Source of the DNA: Marsupella aquatica
Lineage: Eukaryota; Plantae; Marchantiophyta
Length of the DNA: 64,000 nucleotides
Direction of reading: 5' to 3'
NCBI GenBank assembly: GCA_973895155.1
Contig: OZ316891.1
Span: 27,813,561-27,877,560 of the forward strand
Part shown: piece by piece, positions 1 through 14,124 of the stretch
Position numbering within the stretch: the stretch's first letter is position 1
Layout: each line of letters starts with the position of its first letter
The notes under the pieces: model-generated
Databases searched by the model: none
Told to the model about the DNA's origin: nothing
What the model saw: the letters and a program-made list of their open reading frames with translations, nothing else
Position numbers and translations under genes: made by a program

Positions 1-493
1 CTGATATTGCACATTTCAATTGAATAAATGCACTTATGAATAAATGCTTCCCATATTGGAATAATTGATACATGCATGTGTACACTTATAGGAGGAAAGG
101 AACTTCTCTATTTGTTATTTAGTGCCAATACTCTGTTGTGTAGCAAGGTTGACCTGCACTTATGTAAAGTGCATTTTTGTTACATTTATATAGAAAATCC
201 TGAGTTCAGGAAGACACCACCAAACAACAATTATCCATGGAATACATACACTATACTATAAGTACACAGGACATCATTTTTGCATTTCTTCATGTGTGCA
301 TGGTTTGCATAATTGCATGAGAAACCACTTTCTCACTGTGCGGGCTACAGACATCATATTGCAGAACTATTTTATGTAATTATTTATTATATTTATCAAT
401 AGATACTTCTTATGAAACATTGTTATCAGTAATGAATGTATGTGTATTTATTATTTAATGCCGGTATTTTATTGTCTAGTGACGGTCAACCCG

Positions 494-980
494 CATTTAT
501 AACCGAAATTTATACACCTGCAGTTTTTAATACATCACACAAAAAATCCGTATAATACAAGGACGCGACAGGATTCCTTACATTTACACAGAAAATCCTA
601 GTAATATAAGGGGACGAAATGATTTTACTGCACTACCGACATTTATACAACTGCGGTCTTTAATACATCACACAAAAAATCCGTATAATATAAGGAGACG
701 ACATGATTCCTTACATTTATAACCAGCATCTAAACACACTGCATTTTTTAAATTTACACAGAAAATCTTAGTAATATAAGGGGACGACATGGTTTTCCTG
801 CACTACCGACATTTATACACCTGCATTTTTTAATACATCACACCAGAAATCCCTATGATATAAAGAGACGACATGGTTTCCTTACATTATAACCAGTATT
901 AATAAAACTGCAGTTTTCACTACACATAAACAGTTTAAAATCATAATAACGTAAGGGGACGACGTGGTTTGCCTGCGCAC
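494..980. repeat. Diverged tandem array, ~85-bp monomers alternating as ~170-bp dimers
   Basis: ATTTATACA(C/A)CTGC...AATACATCACAC recurs at 508, 641 and 811. ATAAGG(G/A)GACGACATG-like blocks recur about every 85 bp. The first dimer is shortened by an internal deletion. Confidence 0.85.
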
Positions 981-1428
981 TACAGTAATTCACGGAAATC
1001 ACTTTATCCACGGTTCACTCTACAATAGGGGGAGAGACTGCATCAGACCAGAGCGACTGCGGGATGGACGGCAGAGCGACGCGGGGAGGCAGAGGCCTAC
1101 GACGGCAGTGACAGGCCTACGACTATAACTCCACGACGGGCACAGTCCACTCGACAGCGTCTGACGGTAGCTTCAGGGCTGTGTGACAGTAGTAAGTTCG
1201 AGCGCCTCTGCAATGCATGCATGCGTCCATGCTCGGATGTCCATCCTGCCTGCATGGAGCGAGGGAGCGAGCCATGCATGCAGAGGATGATAGTGTCATC
1301 AAATCCGGGACGGTACAGAGCAGTACCGCCCCTACTGTGGGGGTTGCCAGGTCATCACACCTGACGTACGGTTTCACGTTTCATGTGGTTTCTCGTTTCC
1401 AGCGCATCATCATTCTAGTGCAAAGAAA

Positions 1429-1652
1429 GGTACTCGTAATGACCAATTTCAGACAATTTTAATGTATACCTTTATCCTAGGGCAAGCAAGGTACTCGTAA
1501 TGACCAATTTCAGACAATTTTAATCTATACCTTTTATCTTAGGGCAAGAGAGGTACTCGCAATGACCAATTTCAGACAATTTAAATCTATACCATTATTT
1601 TAAGGCAAGAACGGTACTCGTAATGGCCAATGGCAGACGATTTTACCTATAC
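1429..1652. repeat. Tandem repeat, 61-62 bp x ~3.7
   Basis: GGTACTCG(T/C)AATG(A/G)CCAAT starts at 1429, 1490, 1552 and 1613. Confidence 0.9.
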
Positions 1653-2307
1653 CACAACATTATTTGCCCAATGCTTATGTGTTTATGGATATACTCTAAA
1701 ACTCTGGGACAGTGGCTCAATAGACACCCTGGGAAACTGGGTACTTTAATAATGGCCCCAAAACTCTTCATACCAGAACCAAAATAGATCTAACGGTGCT
1801 CCTTGTGTACATCTTGTAGGACACTCGTCCTTTCCATTATCTCCCATCCTCATAAACTTCTGACTTTGTCACTCAACGCTACCTAGCAGGTGCATGTGCC
1901 TAGCATAGGCGGATCCATTCCAATTAGTTTGGATAGATAATATTTTCTATGCACTAGCAGAGTTTAGAAAGCATAACATTTCTGCTTCACAACACTTTTG
2001 CTCTACGATTATCTGTAATGCATAGGCCTTAAGCTAAGAGCATCTCTAACCTTTACTAGAAAGCCTTATTGGAACTGGGTGTGGACCAAACCCAGTGTGA
2101 AGTTACATTATAACGTGGAGGAAAATAATGCCCTAGTAAGGACTAGTAAGGATTGGGGCTGAGTTTCATTTGACCATGACTAATACTCACAGTAAGCTAG
2201 AGCAAGGGTGTTCACAAAGTAACTGGGTATTTACTCCTTACAATTATTAAATCCAGTAACCTTTGGAGATGCTCTGATATCGTGTCATGAGCCCAATGCC
2301 CATACAA

Positions 2308-2490
2308 TGCACAATTAGTGAGAGCAAGGATGGAGGGTGAGCACAGAAGATGTGTCAAGGAGTGTGCTCAAGGAGCTATTTCTGGCCAATCCAACATAGC
2401 ACAATTGTTGAGAGCAAGGCATAAAGGGTGAGCACAGACAATGAGGCACAAAGAGTGCTCAAGGATGTCTTTCTGGCCAACCCAACAATG
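2308..2490. repeat. Diverged ~91-bp tandem duplication
   Basis: GCACAATT..TGAGAGCAAGG..AGGGTGAGCACAGA..GTGCTCAAGGA..TTTCTGGCCAA.CCAACA occurs twice. Confidence 0.8.
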
Positions 2491-4619
2491 AAAAAGTTTT
2501 TTTGAAAACTGGCCCGAATCTGCTTTTGTCCACATGACAATTTGCAAACATTTGATCTGCCAAATATGCAAGATTGGATGGATACTATCCAGATTTAACT
2601 TGACGGCAAGTTTACGGCTTGCAGGGCACATAAAATTATCAAATGACGGCCCAAAAATGGGAAGTGTGACAGAGATTCTCTGAAATTCCCCCGAACTCCC
2701 CCGGACTCCCCCGGTTGATCGAGCTGGTCCCCCGGTTCAGGGTTGCGGCTGGGCGGGGCCAGGGCCGGCTGCATAAAGGTCGAGTCGGGGCGGGAGGTGT
2801 GGGCTGGGCATGGGTTGGGGTGGGGTGGGGGCGGGGACTATGTAGGCCTGGGTCGGGGCAGGGCTGGGGTTGTGCCTGGGTCGGAGGACCGGCGGTCAAG
2901 GTAGGCCGGGGGTGACATAGGGCTGGACCGGGCGACCAGGATGACGGGGTCTAGACCCCCAATATGCCGGGCCAGGCCAAACCGGGAATACTATATTATG
3001 TAGATGACAAACTAATAATGTCCCGTCCTAGCTAACCATCCATAGCATTCCTCTGCCACTCAGCCAATTATTACGGAACAGAAGGAAAAGCACAGGTATA
3101 AGGTATTCCTGCAGACCACCACGAGTCGATTCAAACAACTCGTAGTGGGCCGGTGGGGGCCCTTCTCCCGTGGTGGTAGGTCCTACCTAAGGTCCTACCT
3201 AAGAACGGTGCTGACTGCCCCTCCTGGTCTGACAAGTAAGCGGTACGAGCCCGGGGTACGAGTAACGTTTGGCGACTGTCCTCAATTCAATTCTTTTGTT
3301 TTTTCGAGATCATGATGCTTTGTTCATTTATTAAGATACGATAAGCCTGATTTCGAGTTTTGCCCTGCTCGGAAAGGACCGGAAAATCCCCCATGTTTGC
3401 TTCGGACCGGCGAAGGAATTGGGTAAGGACTAAGCCACTAAGGACCTGTGCACCAACCTACTCGCCAGGACGGGTTACTGGTACGGTTCCCGATGACTCG
3501 TAGTCAGGGGCCCGTATGTCGTCGTGTCTACCTTCGATTAGTGGGGACTACTCCGGTCCCACACTCTAAATCTGGAGCTCCGGTACGGTTACTGGGGATT
3601 TTAAAATATCAGCCATGGTCCCGCCGGCCCCCGGGATAGGGTACGAGGGAAGTACGGTACCGTATTCCTTACGACGGTGCCGTAGGGGGCTGCCACGACG
3701 GCAGAAGAATGGCCGTCGCTTTGCTGAAATTTAATGCGTGGCATCTTTTATGCTCGCGTATTTATTAGACGACTTGGATTTCATTGATTGACAGGCTTGA
3801 GGTTTTGATTCCAGAGTCCAGACAACTAATCTTACCTAATCGCCGCTGCCCCCTAAACGAAACAAGGTTACAAAAGAAGTAATAAGCAAGCAGGCTGCCA
3901 AAGTGTCAAAGTTAGCTAATAATATTCTTATGAATAGATTGAACTATTTGGTCTCCCTAAAAACAGCAACTTACTAAAATAAGGAAAATACAGGTTACCG
4001 AAATTAGTCAATAAACATCTTAAGAACATTAAAAAGTATAAATTTTCCTCCCAAACCTAAACCTGTGGACCTGGCAATTTACTACAGTTATCTTGTTTGT
4101 CTAAACATGTCATTCTCGAACAGAGATACCAACCTGTTAGTGGGAACCTGGGTTCCCATGCCTCGAACTCAACTGAGGGGCAGATGAGAATAGGGTGACG
4201 GTGAATTTGTGCTGAGTAGCTTAAAAACTTTATTGAACAAATACAAGGTCGGCAACCTTGTAGTTAAATATTGTATCACCCAAAATTGGCCTAATAAGTA
4301 CAAATGTAAGGCATAGATGGACCCAGGGGTTTGCTATGAAACAGTGATGGGTTTTTTAATTGGGTTTTGTGAAATATTTTAAATTCTTGTTTTAAAATTA
4401 AGGTTGTTTGAATTCAGTTTTGAGAACTATAAGAATCATATGATTTTTAAATTTTTTTGAGAATATTTCAAGAATATTATATTAAGCTATGAGTAAAACT
4501 TTTCAAAATAACTTTATTTACTCAAGTTTATGGTGTTTATTTCTCTAAAAATTTTGCGTATGATATGGGATACCCTTTGGATTAAGGCCTCTGAAGGGAG
4601 ACCCAAACCAGGTCATATG

Positions 4620-4951
4620 TGTTGAACTAAGACGTCATTCGCAATGACAATACAACCATGACTCATTCCATGCACACGTAGTCGACACAATCTCTACGTG
4701 GTTCACCTCTTCTCCAAGGCTACGTCCACACAAACACTCAAGCTTTACTTCAAGAGTAAACAAACACACATGCTCTCCCTCTTCCTCAAGTTGCTCCGTT
4801 ACAATGAGTAAGCATCACTCACCAGCGGCTTACACTGGCCCTGGTATATACAAGGTCACACACGACTAACCTAACCTCAGCTAAGACCCTAACTGTGGTT
4901 AGCCTAAGTGCTGTAACCTTTGAGTCACAAGACTAAGAACAATCCTTAACA
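4620..4951 (-). mobile_element. Solo LTR of a Ty1/copia family (diverged relative of the 26755-32868 element)
   Basis: TGTTG...AACA termini with an exact 5-bp TSD ATATG (4615-4619 and 4952-4956). Shares AGTCGACACA..TACGTGGTTCACCTC..GGCTACGTCCAC..AAGAGCTTTACT with the LTRs of the full element. Confidence 0.88.
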
Positions 4952-6915
4952 ATATGATCTTAAAATTAAGTGGGATGATAATAATTAGATGTGAAAAAGC
5001 TAACTTGGGGTAATTTTCTTAAATAATACATAAACAAAAGAAATCACATAGTGATAAATATCAAATATCCAGAGACAAAGTATGTATTATGCCCCCCAAA
5101 AAGTGATAATCTACTAAATCCCAGTTACAAATATTCCATATGCCAAAAAAAGTGGCAATAAATACCGGTTACAAATATTCTGTAACTTGGTTTGTATTAT
5201 AATCAAATTAATTGATGTACTAAATAGGGGTTGATTTAACCACCAGTAGTTAATGGAGATGGGCAATAGCAAGACGAACCCCTTGGTTTATCTTATTAGC
5301 TTCGTATTGGGGCTTTTGCCCGAGGAATCATGTCTAGGTTGGATGGAACTTAAAGCCAGGATGGACTGGGAGGTTGTCCATGAAGCTCCCATGGATAAAT
5401 GAAACTTGGATGGACTGGGCTAAAATATATAAATATGCATGGATACTAATGTTTACTTTTCTGTCCATACAGACCACTGTCAATTACCAAGTATCAGTTC
5501 TGTCCAAAAAATTTCCCTGTCACTAACTCTGTCCTCACTCATGTCTTAAAGATATTTTGTCGGAGGCCAAAGCACTTTAATTGAAGGCTTCGCTCCATTC
5601 CCCCAATAGAGTTCAATAAAAATATAAAGTATATTTAGGTCCTTCTATAAATACTTGATTTGGCCTCTATGGTTTATGAAACTTTGAATATGAGTGCTTC
5701 ACATTTTACTCATAGTGCCTTAAGTTATTGGCTCAATGGTAAAATACTAAATGAACTTAATTTACTCAAAAATATTTTTTAATGTTTATAAGCCCCAATA
5801 AAAGGGAAGCAAGTAACACAGTGACTCATTAACCAAAGGAACAATTCTCACCAAGGAGGCTATGGGGCAAATCTAATGCCCAAATAACCTCAATTTTTAT
5901 AATGGATTCATATTTTTCTACACATTTTTTTAAAGATTGTAGGGCATTGACACTTTGCGGAATGACTATACTACTTTAAGAAATGTTTTTACATAATCTT
6001 GTATTTTATATAACAATGCTCTTGTTAACGAGATTGAAGAAAGTTTTTCATTGTGGAGGTAAAGAAAATTTTAATTTGCATAAGCAATTGCTGAATACTA
6101 TTTTTGACAGACCATTGTTTTTATTGTAAATAATGTTTTGACTATTGCTATAGTGCTACTTGAGATTTTTTGGGGGAGTATAGTTAATGAATCTTATTTT
6201 TAGAGAGCGTTGCTCTTGTTACAAGGAGCGCTTCGAGTACCGCGGTGGAGATACGGAAGATTTTAAATGTGTGTTTTCATTTCATTGACATTCTCAATTT
6301 GACTTTGAAGTGAGCACATAATGTTCTTAGAGGGACAGAAATGTAGGTAAATAATTAATGACAGAGTTTACCATCCATTTATAGTTGGGTTATCTCATAA
6401 TTAGGTGTAAAATGGTCTCCCCTATCACAGTCCATGGGGATAGATGAGGAGAATGTAGCAATCCATCCTGGCTTTTGTTTCCGGTTAGATACCTTTCATT
6501 TCTTGAAAAAAAATAGCTTTGTATTCAAATTTCACATATGGTATCTAAAAAAATTTAATAATCATATATTTATCGTGCAAACCCCTGATTCTTCCCACAG
6601 TCCAACACTTAACTGAATTGTGGGCAGACGTTGATCTTAGCGCCATTACTGACTTAAGTTTAAGTTTCCTTCACTTTACATTAATGGGCTGGATATTACG
6701 GCAAACGGTCAGGATCTGATATCCTAAGTAAACGCAGAACGTACGCCATCGATCTGGAGTTGCTCGGACAGATTGCAGATAAGTATGGTCCTGTCATTAT
6801 GCTCTACTTACGAGTGGACTCCAGTAGTTAATGTGTAGTTGGTGAGGCTGTACCTTACTACGGTTACTGTTGACTTTGATCCAATTATTATGCTCTCATC
6901 TTGGCCTTAGTGCAC

Positions 6916-6959
6916 TTAATTGATGGCTCTTTAATTGATGGCTCTTTAATTGATGGCTC
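6916..6959. repeat. 15-bp minisatellite x3
   Basis: TTAATTGATGGCTC(T/G) three times in tandem. Confidence 0.9.
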
Positions 6960-7934
6960 GGACCTCAAAGTCCGTATGGTTCTCATTTGGGACAAGGTAC
7001 AATTTGCTTTTCATTTTTGGGAAACTACAGTAGTGTGCGTCAGGGTGATTTTTTGCCGCGAGTGAAATGTTGTATTAAGAAGGAGATGCTACCGGTAGGA
7101 ATAAAATATATTCATTTTAGGATTGGCTAGGTGTGAGTGGCTAATGAAAGAAATAAAACCTACCGTACCTATTTTTTTGCCAAAAGTGATGAATGACTTT
7201 GAAGAGATAGAATCTAGAGAAATTGACACTAACAAAGTGCATTTTGAGATGACTTGTGGTATGGGAACAACTGGATTTAGTTACTAGAGATTTGATTAAG
7301 GAGAGCGTTAGATCCGGCTCTACATTCTGCTTGGAGAGCTTCTTCTGCTTTGAGGGCTCCACTTTGCTCAAATGGTTGTTTAATCATGTATTCAACGTTT
7401 AGGACTTTGGGGACTCTACTGAGTTCTTTACAATTTCTAAACCTACAAATGATTGAAGAAGACAAAATTTCGTTTTACCTGTTTTTGATTTGTTTTTTAA
7501 AAATAGTTATAGGTCATGCTTATAATCCCCCAAAACAATTTTAACAAAATTCCAACAAAGAACGAAACAACCGCATCTTCTGTTTCGTAGGAGTGAATGT
7601 AATTGGGTGCCATGCAAAATAATGATATTTGACGAAGAGGAGTTTCTTTGGGGCCCTTTCACCTCTTTTACTCCCCTTCATTGTGTTGCTTTGCTTTTGT
7701 GATTTGTCTCCTGGTTTGGAGTTTTGGCCCTTGGGCACTGTGATATATATATATTTTATGAAATCAAGCATTACTAAGCACTGACAACTGATATGCAATA
7801 GGGCAAGGAGAACTCAACTGAGGAAGACAATTTACAGTAGATCCAAATGAGAAAGATGTGCCAAAAGAGTCTTTAGCCCCCCCCCCCCCCCCCCAAAAAA
7901 ATAAAAAATAAAAAAATATATATATATATATATA

Positions 7935-8265
7935 CACACTTTTTATATACAAAGGGACCAAACAGAGTACAAATGAACAAACAAAAGAGGGCCCAAGTGG
8001 ACAAAACCAATCGAAAAAGAAGTGAGCAAAAGGGAACCACTAAACACCAAGAAAGAGGAACTAAAAGTAAGAAATGAACAATAGGGAACCCCTAAAAACC
8101 AAGAAAGAGAGAGAGACTAAAACTAACCCAAGCGAACCGAGGTCCTCATCATTCCTATCGATTGTGGCAAAAAGCTAATGGTCCACATCAAGAGTCAAAA
8201 CTAGATCGGCAAGTGGGATTGGAACATCCTCAAGGGGAGCTAGCCGCTGCGGAGGCACACTAGCA
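7935..8265 (-). mobile_element. Dispersed repeat, probable 5'-truncated non-LTR (LINE-like) 3' end; copy 1
   Basis: Its reverse complement matches 51198-51485 (CCGCAGCGGCTAGCTCCCC..CCCACTTGCCGAT..TTGATGTGGACC..GGAATGATGAGGACC..TTTAGGGGTTCCCTATTG). Followed by (TA)n and T-rich sequence on the element strand. The LINE assignment is inference. Confidence 0.6.
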
Positions 8266-10866
8266 CCCACAGGCAAAAAGGGACTCCATCAATCATTTGA
8301 CATGACTGTGGGTGACGTTGGTAAGAATGAAGGTCTCTAATGACGAGCCCTCTTTGGCCATTAAATGGATTTCTTGGAAGTCAAGTCTGTAGAGTAGGGG
8401 GAATATATCATTCTCCTGTAGTCAACTTTAGATTCCCACCAGCTACAGTAGCTTTCCATGTTCATATATAGAAGTAATTCCCCTTTGTTTAGTAGATCCA
8501 ACTTTTCTTAGTTTCTTAGTGTATATCACACTGGCATGAGTGTCCATGTTTGAATGTGTATAAAAGTGAGGATATTCAAGCCTGGCTATGTGGTCACCAG
8601 AGCCCCTAATCCCTCTTTTTCACTCGACCCCAACTTCAGTTATGGTCTAGAGGCTTTACTCTAGACCAATAGTCCCTGGAGAGTAGCTTCAGATTGTGAT
8701 TATATAGTTCAATTGCAGAAGAACAAGAAGCGCCAGCCAATGTAAACAGGGAGACAAGATCCCAAACACAAGAGACCCAATAAAAGGGAGAAAACAAGGG
8801 AACCTTCATTCTTACCAACAAAGAGAGTACAAACTGCTAAGTAGGCTTTAGTTGGTGGCTATTGTGGGGGACACTCATGAGTAGTATGAGGTGACATCTT
8901 CTTTCGCATTTCACCCCCTTTAATGACTATGATATACTTCTTTGCAAAGTGAAGTTAGGGAAATTCATCTTCAAAGCCTGAGGAGGACAATTTTATGCTC
9001 CCAAGGACCCTGGATAGAAAGCATACCGGAATGGACTGTAGCATGTTCTCTACAGAATTGGCAGTCAATCGTCATCTGTCATGGTTGTAAAAAATCTATG
9101 GACCTTCATTTTTGCCAGGGAGAGGGCATTTTATTTCCAGATTTCCCAGGACAAAGCAGTTTATTACTGTCTTTCTCTTCTGTTATCTTCCATGAGTTGG
9201 GGTGAACTAGATGGTGAGAAGGAGAGCAATCTCCTTCCCAGAGCCATGTTGAAATACAAAAGTAAACAAGAAACATAAACTTACGCCTAGGTGTGACTAT
9301 GAGCTGTTTTGGCTTCTACAAATGAGATCCATCAAATGATGAAAATACCTAACATGTCCTACTTACAGTGCACTAGCCTGAATGCCCAAGCTTTGCTCAT
9401 AAATAGACAATGAATACCATCGTGCCCGTTTGCACTTCCACCTCCAGAGAGTTGTGCCCTAGAACCACGGTCTACAGCCTCACTTTCGACCGTAGGCCCC
9501 TACCTAGCTTTTGTTTGCCCTTTATTGGATAGATTCTTTTACTTAGCTGCCAGTCTAGCAAGCCTATAGATTCATGGCACTTGATTTAGCCCTCTCCAAT
9601 CCTTGGTTAAGGAGAGACAATGTTTTGCGGGAAGGGGTGGGAGACTATTAGCCAAAGAAGCCCTCCATGGAAGGAGATTGAAATCTTTGAATCATGGATC
9701 TTGGTTCAGAGAATTTCAATATGGACTGGTGGGAGATAAGATCTGTTCAGTCCTTGTTGGGTGTGGCCATGTTTGTTTGAAAATCTCATCTCTTAAAGCC
9801 CTCCCTGGATATTTGATTTGTATTTTGCACTGAAATGATAATATTTGGGCATCCAATTTGGGCAGAAGTGTGAAGCACCTGGGGAAATCTGCGGCAGCTA
9901 CTAACATAGTAATAGTAAGAAAAACCATGCCTTGTTGTGGTGTCTTCCATGCCCTAGAGTTTTGTTGGTGTGCGAGTTGGCCCGTTGGGTTTGTTGACGT
10001 GTGCGGGTTTGTTGACATGTGCTTCAGCCCCTTGAGGTTGTGTTTTTTTCCTTTTCCCTGTTGGTTTTGGCGCAGTGGTTGTTGAAAATCATTGGGCACA
10101 CAACTACCTCTTTCAAAAACAAAACAAAAAACCCAAATAAAAGTAAGGGCCCTCAAAATAGGTCCTTACCACACTAAATACACAAATGACACAGTTCAAT
10201 GACAGGTGTAAAGTACATCTTTTTGTTTTATTCACATTTGCAAGTTAGAGACCTCAAGGACCCCTTCGTTCTTCAAAATAATTGTTGTCAGGCTTGCCTG
10301 GGGAGGGGTGCAGACTTGAAAATCTCAGTCAATCATCTAATGCCATCTGTGAAATTGAGGGCAGCAAAGGTAAGGGCTGCCTACATGCAAGACGGCCCTA
10401 AAAGTAAGGAAAAAAAACAGGGTTGGACTCATGAAGGGCTTACTATACGCAAAGCCACAGTTGAAGGTGTTGTTCCTAGCAGATGCATCCAAAAGACTAT
10501 TCCAAGGTAAGTCCATGATTAGGTCTTTGCTAGCTAGGGCCACAACGCTGTATCAGATATGAAGAATGGTCAAGTTAGGCTGTTAGGGTACTTATAATGT
10601 AGTAATGGAATCTATTGGATTTTGCCAGAATGTCAAAACTGCATGGGGCTACTCAGATTGGGCTCACCATTCAAGGAACATCCATTTACAACTGCTTGGG
10701 TCCCACTCTTTTAGGAGCTGCCCAGCCTGCCTATCTACCTCCAGAAGATAAGAGAGGAACTCCAGTGCAGGAAGAGGTTTTGTTGAAAGGCTGGTTGACG
10801 AATGAACGCTTGAACTCAGATAGTCACTTCTCGCAATGAAGATTGCTACCCCTGGGCTACCGGTGC

Positions 10867-10995
10867 TAGGACAACTTATGCAGAGCAAACTCTGCATTAT
10901 TTGGATCCAAACAACACAGTTTTGGGACAAGTAATGTAGTGCAAACTCCGCATTATTTGGATCCTTGCAACATAGTACTAGGACAACTTATGAAT
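10867..10995. repeat. ~55-bp tandem repeat x ~2.3, with a third dispersed copy near 11407
   Basis: GCAAACTC(T/C)(G/A)CATTATTTGGATCC at ~10885, ~10941 and ~11407. Confidence 0.8.
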
Positions 10996-13900
10996 AGAAT
11001 ATTGTCCTGGTTAGAGGGCATTATGAGATATAATGCCCTGAAAAATGAGGATGGTAGCTCAAGTTTTGAGGACATTATTCTCATAATGTCAGTAACTAGG
11101 AGATTAATGCACATCAAAACTTGAGTGATTTTTTGATAACAAACAAGAATAAGTGAATCTCTAAATTGACAATCCAAGTGAAAGAACCTACAATTGGCCA
11201 AAGGCATGAAAGAAGTTAAAAACAAATTCTTTTGATTTTGATACAAGTTATTATGTTATTTTATCTGGTAACACTATAATTGGGTTTTACCATTGCTATT
11301 TTTGTGATATTTTACATAATGCTCTCCTCCAAAGAAAGGAGAGGTTGTAAGAGAAATTAATGCACTCGAAAATACAAAGAGAAAAATCACAAACGTCTTT
11401 AGGTAGAGCAAACTCCACATTATTTGGATCCATGCAATAGGTAGCATTCGAAATGTGAAAACATACACTCATGTTTTCAACTTATCCGCAGTGGGCAGCA
11501 CATGATAAAGGGGGCATTGAATGGCGGGACCCAATTGGCAGCAACAAGTGAGTTGCTCAGTAGATAAAGACAAGTCTTAGCACCCAAGCAGAGATCGACA
11601 CGTGTTAAGATGGAGCCATGGTTTGAGACAATCACGAAGTATTCAGGGAATCTAATTGACAGCAGTCCAACACCGATTGGATTATAATAGGGAGGCATGC
11701 AAAACAAGGGCAATCTGAACAAGTCTTAATTAAAACTCAGAAAGATTCAGTGAAGAAAGTGGCCTACTCACTTCAAAGGCTACAGCTTCACACCTACAGA
11801 GAAAAGGAAGCGACAAATAATGACAATGCTTCGACAGTATATGGAAAATCTAAGCCCATATATCATAAACAAAGTGATACTAGCCAATTGCCACCTAAGC
11901 CCCCACACACAGTTCCAACGTAAAGTTTCTTCCTTGCAATCTCTGAGAATCCCACAAAGCAAGGTAGGATCCACATGGCAGGACACTCCCAGGGAAGAAA
12001 AGCAACACTTGCCATGGTTTCTTTGCTCTAGACGCAGCACAAATCAGCTGCCAGGGCTCGCTACAAACCAGGAATCTACTCTACTAGTTTATGGTGAAAT
12101 GTGGGACACTTGTCCTCAGATTGACCCGTTTCCAAGCCAGAAACTCGCAGCAAGGAGAATTCCTGACCGCCCAACATTGTAATGGATCGAATTCCGGATA
12201 GAAAAGAGTAGAGGATGGCTCTGATGTGGAAAATAATTTTTGCTGCTGTGGGCCGCAGTGGAGTCAACAAAGTCATCGGCCAGAAAGGCTTTCTCCACAG
12301 GATGGAAATTGCATGTCCTCATGTTGACCCCCTAGCAATATCGTGGCATGGGCTATACGACTGCCCAGAGGATTCCAGGGATTCGATTCTCGCAGCAGAG
12401 AAACGGTTGGAGCAGGTATAGTTGCACCTGAAGTTCAGAAAGGATTATTCTGTGACATGGGTGCGTGTCACTAGAGGGAGGGGGTAGTGAGTGTACACAT
12501 GACGTCATTTGTGCTGATGCTGGACTTCCAATTTGCGCTCTGGAGAGGATCTTTGAGTGAAGACGCATGGATTGAACCACTCTGTTTCCAGTCAGCTCAT
12601 ATTACGACCGACAACTGAGCGATTTTCACATACACAGAACCAATTTAAAAGTTGTTTACCAATGGGATGCAGCACATGAGATGGTAACAGTACTTCAGGC
12701 TCACAAGAACGTGTACCAGCTATATTTAGAACCACTGTATCACCATGTTTACAAAAACCTTGGACTTTGTATGGACCGGAAATTGTTGATACGAGCTTCT
12801 CAGTGAAAATTTCTCTCTACCGTTTTTGTCTAGTGAGCTCTGGAGTCCACCATCCTGACAGTATCAGAATGCTTGAGGTCACCGGTACCGTCTTGTCCGT
12901 TGAATCTGCAGAAATTCGGAAATTATTTTTTCTGTTACATGAAATGCAATGAAAGAACTCAAACCAATTTTAGGCGAGTTGCTCTCTCGGTTTCGCTCTT
13001 CAACTCAAATGACTTTGTTCTTAAGATGGTTGCAGTTAATCCAGAACTTATACACCTTATGGTTTACTTTCTTAAATTTCACCGCCCTTGGATATTCTCC
13101 TGGAGATCTATGGTTGACTGACTTGTGGCGGCGGGTATTTTCCCTCCAGATTTCATTCCATGGAGGGTTTGGTTTAGGGTCACGATCACCTCACATGAGA
13201 GCCTCTGCAAGAGCTCACCGATCCACGTAATAATACTTCTACACATTGATTTCGTATTTCTGACGGTGGTTAACATTCAATCCAGATTTCATCCACGTTT
13301 TCACTGATTCGAAGTTGATCATTCAATGTGGGATGGTGGAAGTATATGAGAAAATCATAAGATTCTACTTTGTGCATGATGTCAGCTCATTACTGCCCTA
13401 AACACTCAACCCGAGTTATAGCAACGCTATTCTCGGTGGTTCCTCTTCAGATTAACGGACACCCAAATGAATCTAGTATGAGAACAACCAGTCTTAGCAA
13501 CACGGAAAAAGCTTCCTCGGTCAATTCTCAAGTTTTTTGAATAAAAAATAATAGTTCTGCACTTTCTGCTCGACGACTCAATTCTAAGGATTCCACCTTT
13601 CAGGGCAATCCAGATGAGCTACACGCTACATAACAATCTACGTTTTAATGAATCCCGTTTCAGGAACCAGGAAGAGTTCTCTAACTTCTCTTCCTCCATA
13701 AAAGAGTGGCCACTTGGTTGATCTTGCAGGACTACATCTTGGGGGACTTAAAATGTGTGCAGTATGTCCTGGCATGGGGTGGCAAGGCGATCCGATTTAC
13801 CCTTCTGGGAAAGAAAGGGAAGGAGCTTCTCGTGTCATGGATAGTTTTCTTCCAAAGAGCTGATCACCATCAGAAAAGGCTCCTGGATCTCGAAAACAAG

Positions 13901-14124
13901 GTCTAATCCGTGGGCCATTCAATGATCAATTCCTTTCATCAGCTCCTTCTTGTCAGCTCTTCTTCCTCAATAAAATAGGCGATAGATTCTTATTCTTTGG
14001 ATGTTAAATGCTTCCTTTTCATGTTACCTTTGGGGTTTAATAATCGCGGTAGACCCGTCTGCAATTCTACAAATAAATCCAGTATGGAGAGTGGAAGTCA
14101 CACATGTAAATGACAACAGTCGAG

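Noticed and set aside
1429-1652. CRISPR-like regularly spaced repeats (also 494-980 and 39808-40015)
   Set aside because: The intervening sequences are homologous to each other rather than unique spacers, the context is eukaryotic, and no cas genes are present.
8940-10840. Several 60-146 aa ORFs, possibly decayed retroelement or transposase sequence
   Set aside because: No diagnostic RT, endonuclease or DDE motif could be identified by eye.
11820-13240. Faint kinase-like words (LLVYGEM, NIVAWA, HESLCKSSPIH)
   Set aside because: They are too short, out of the expected order and interrupted by stops. They cannot be supported without TBLASTN.
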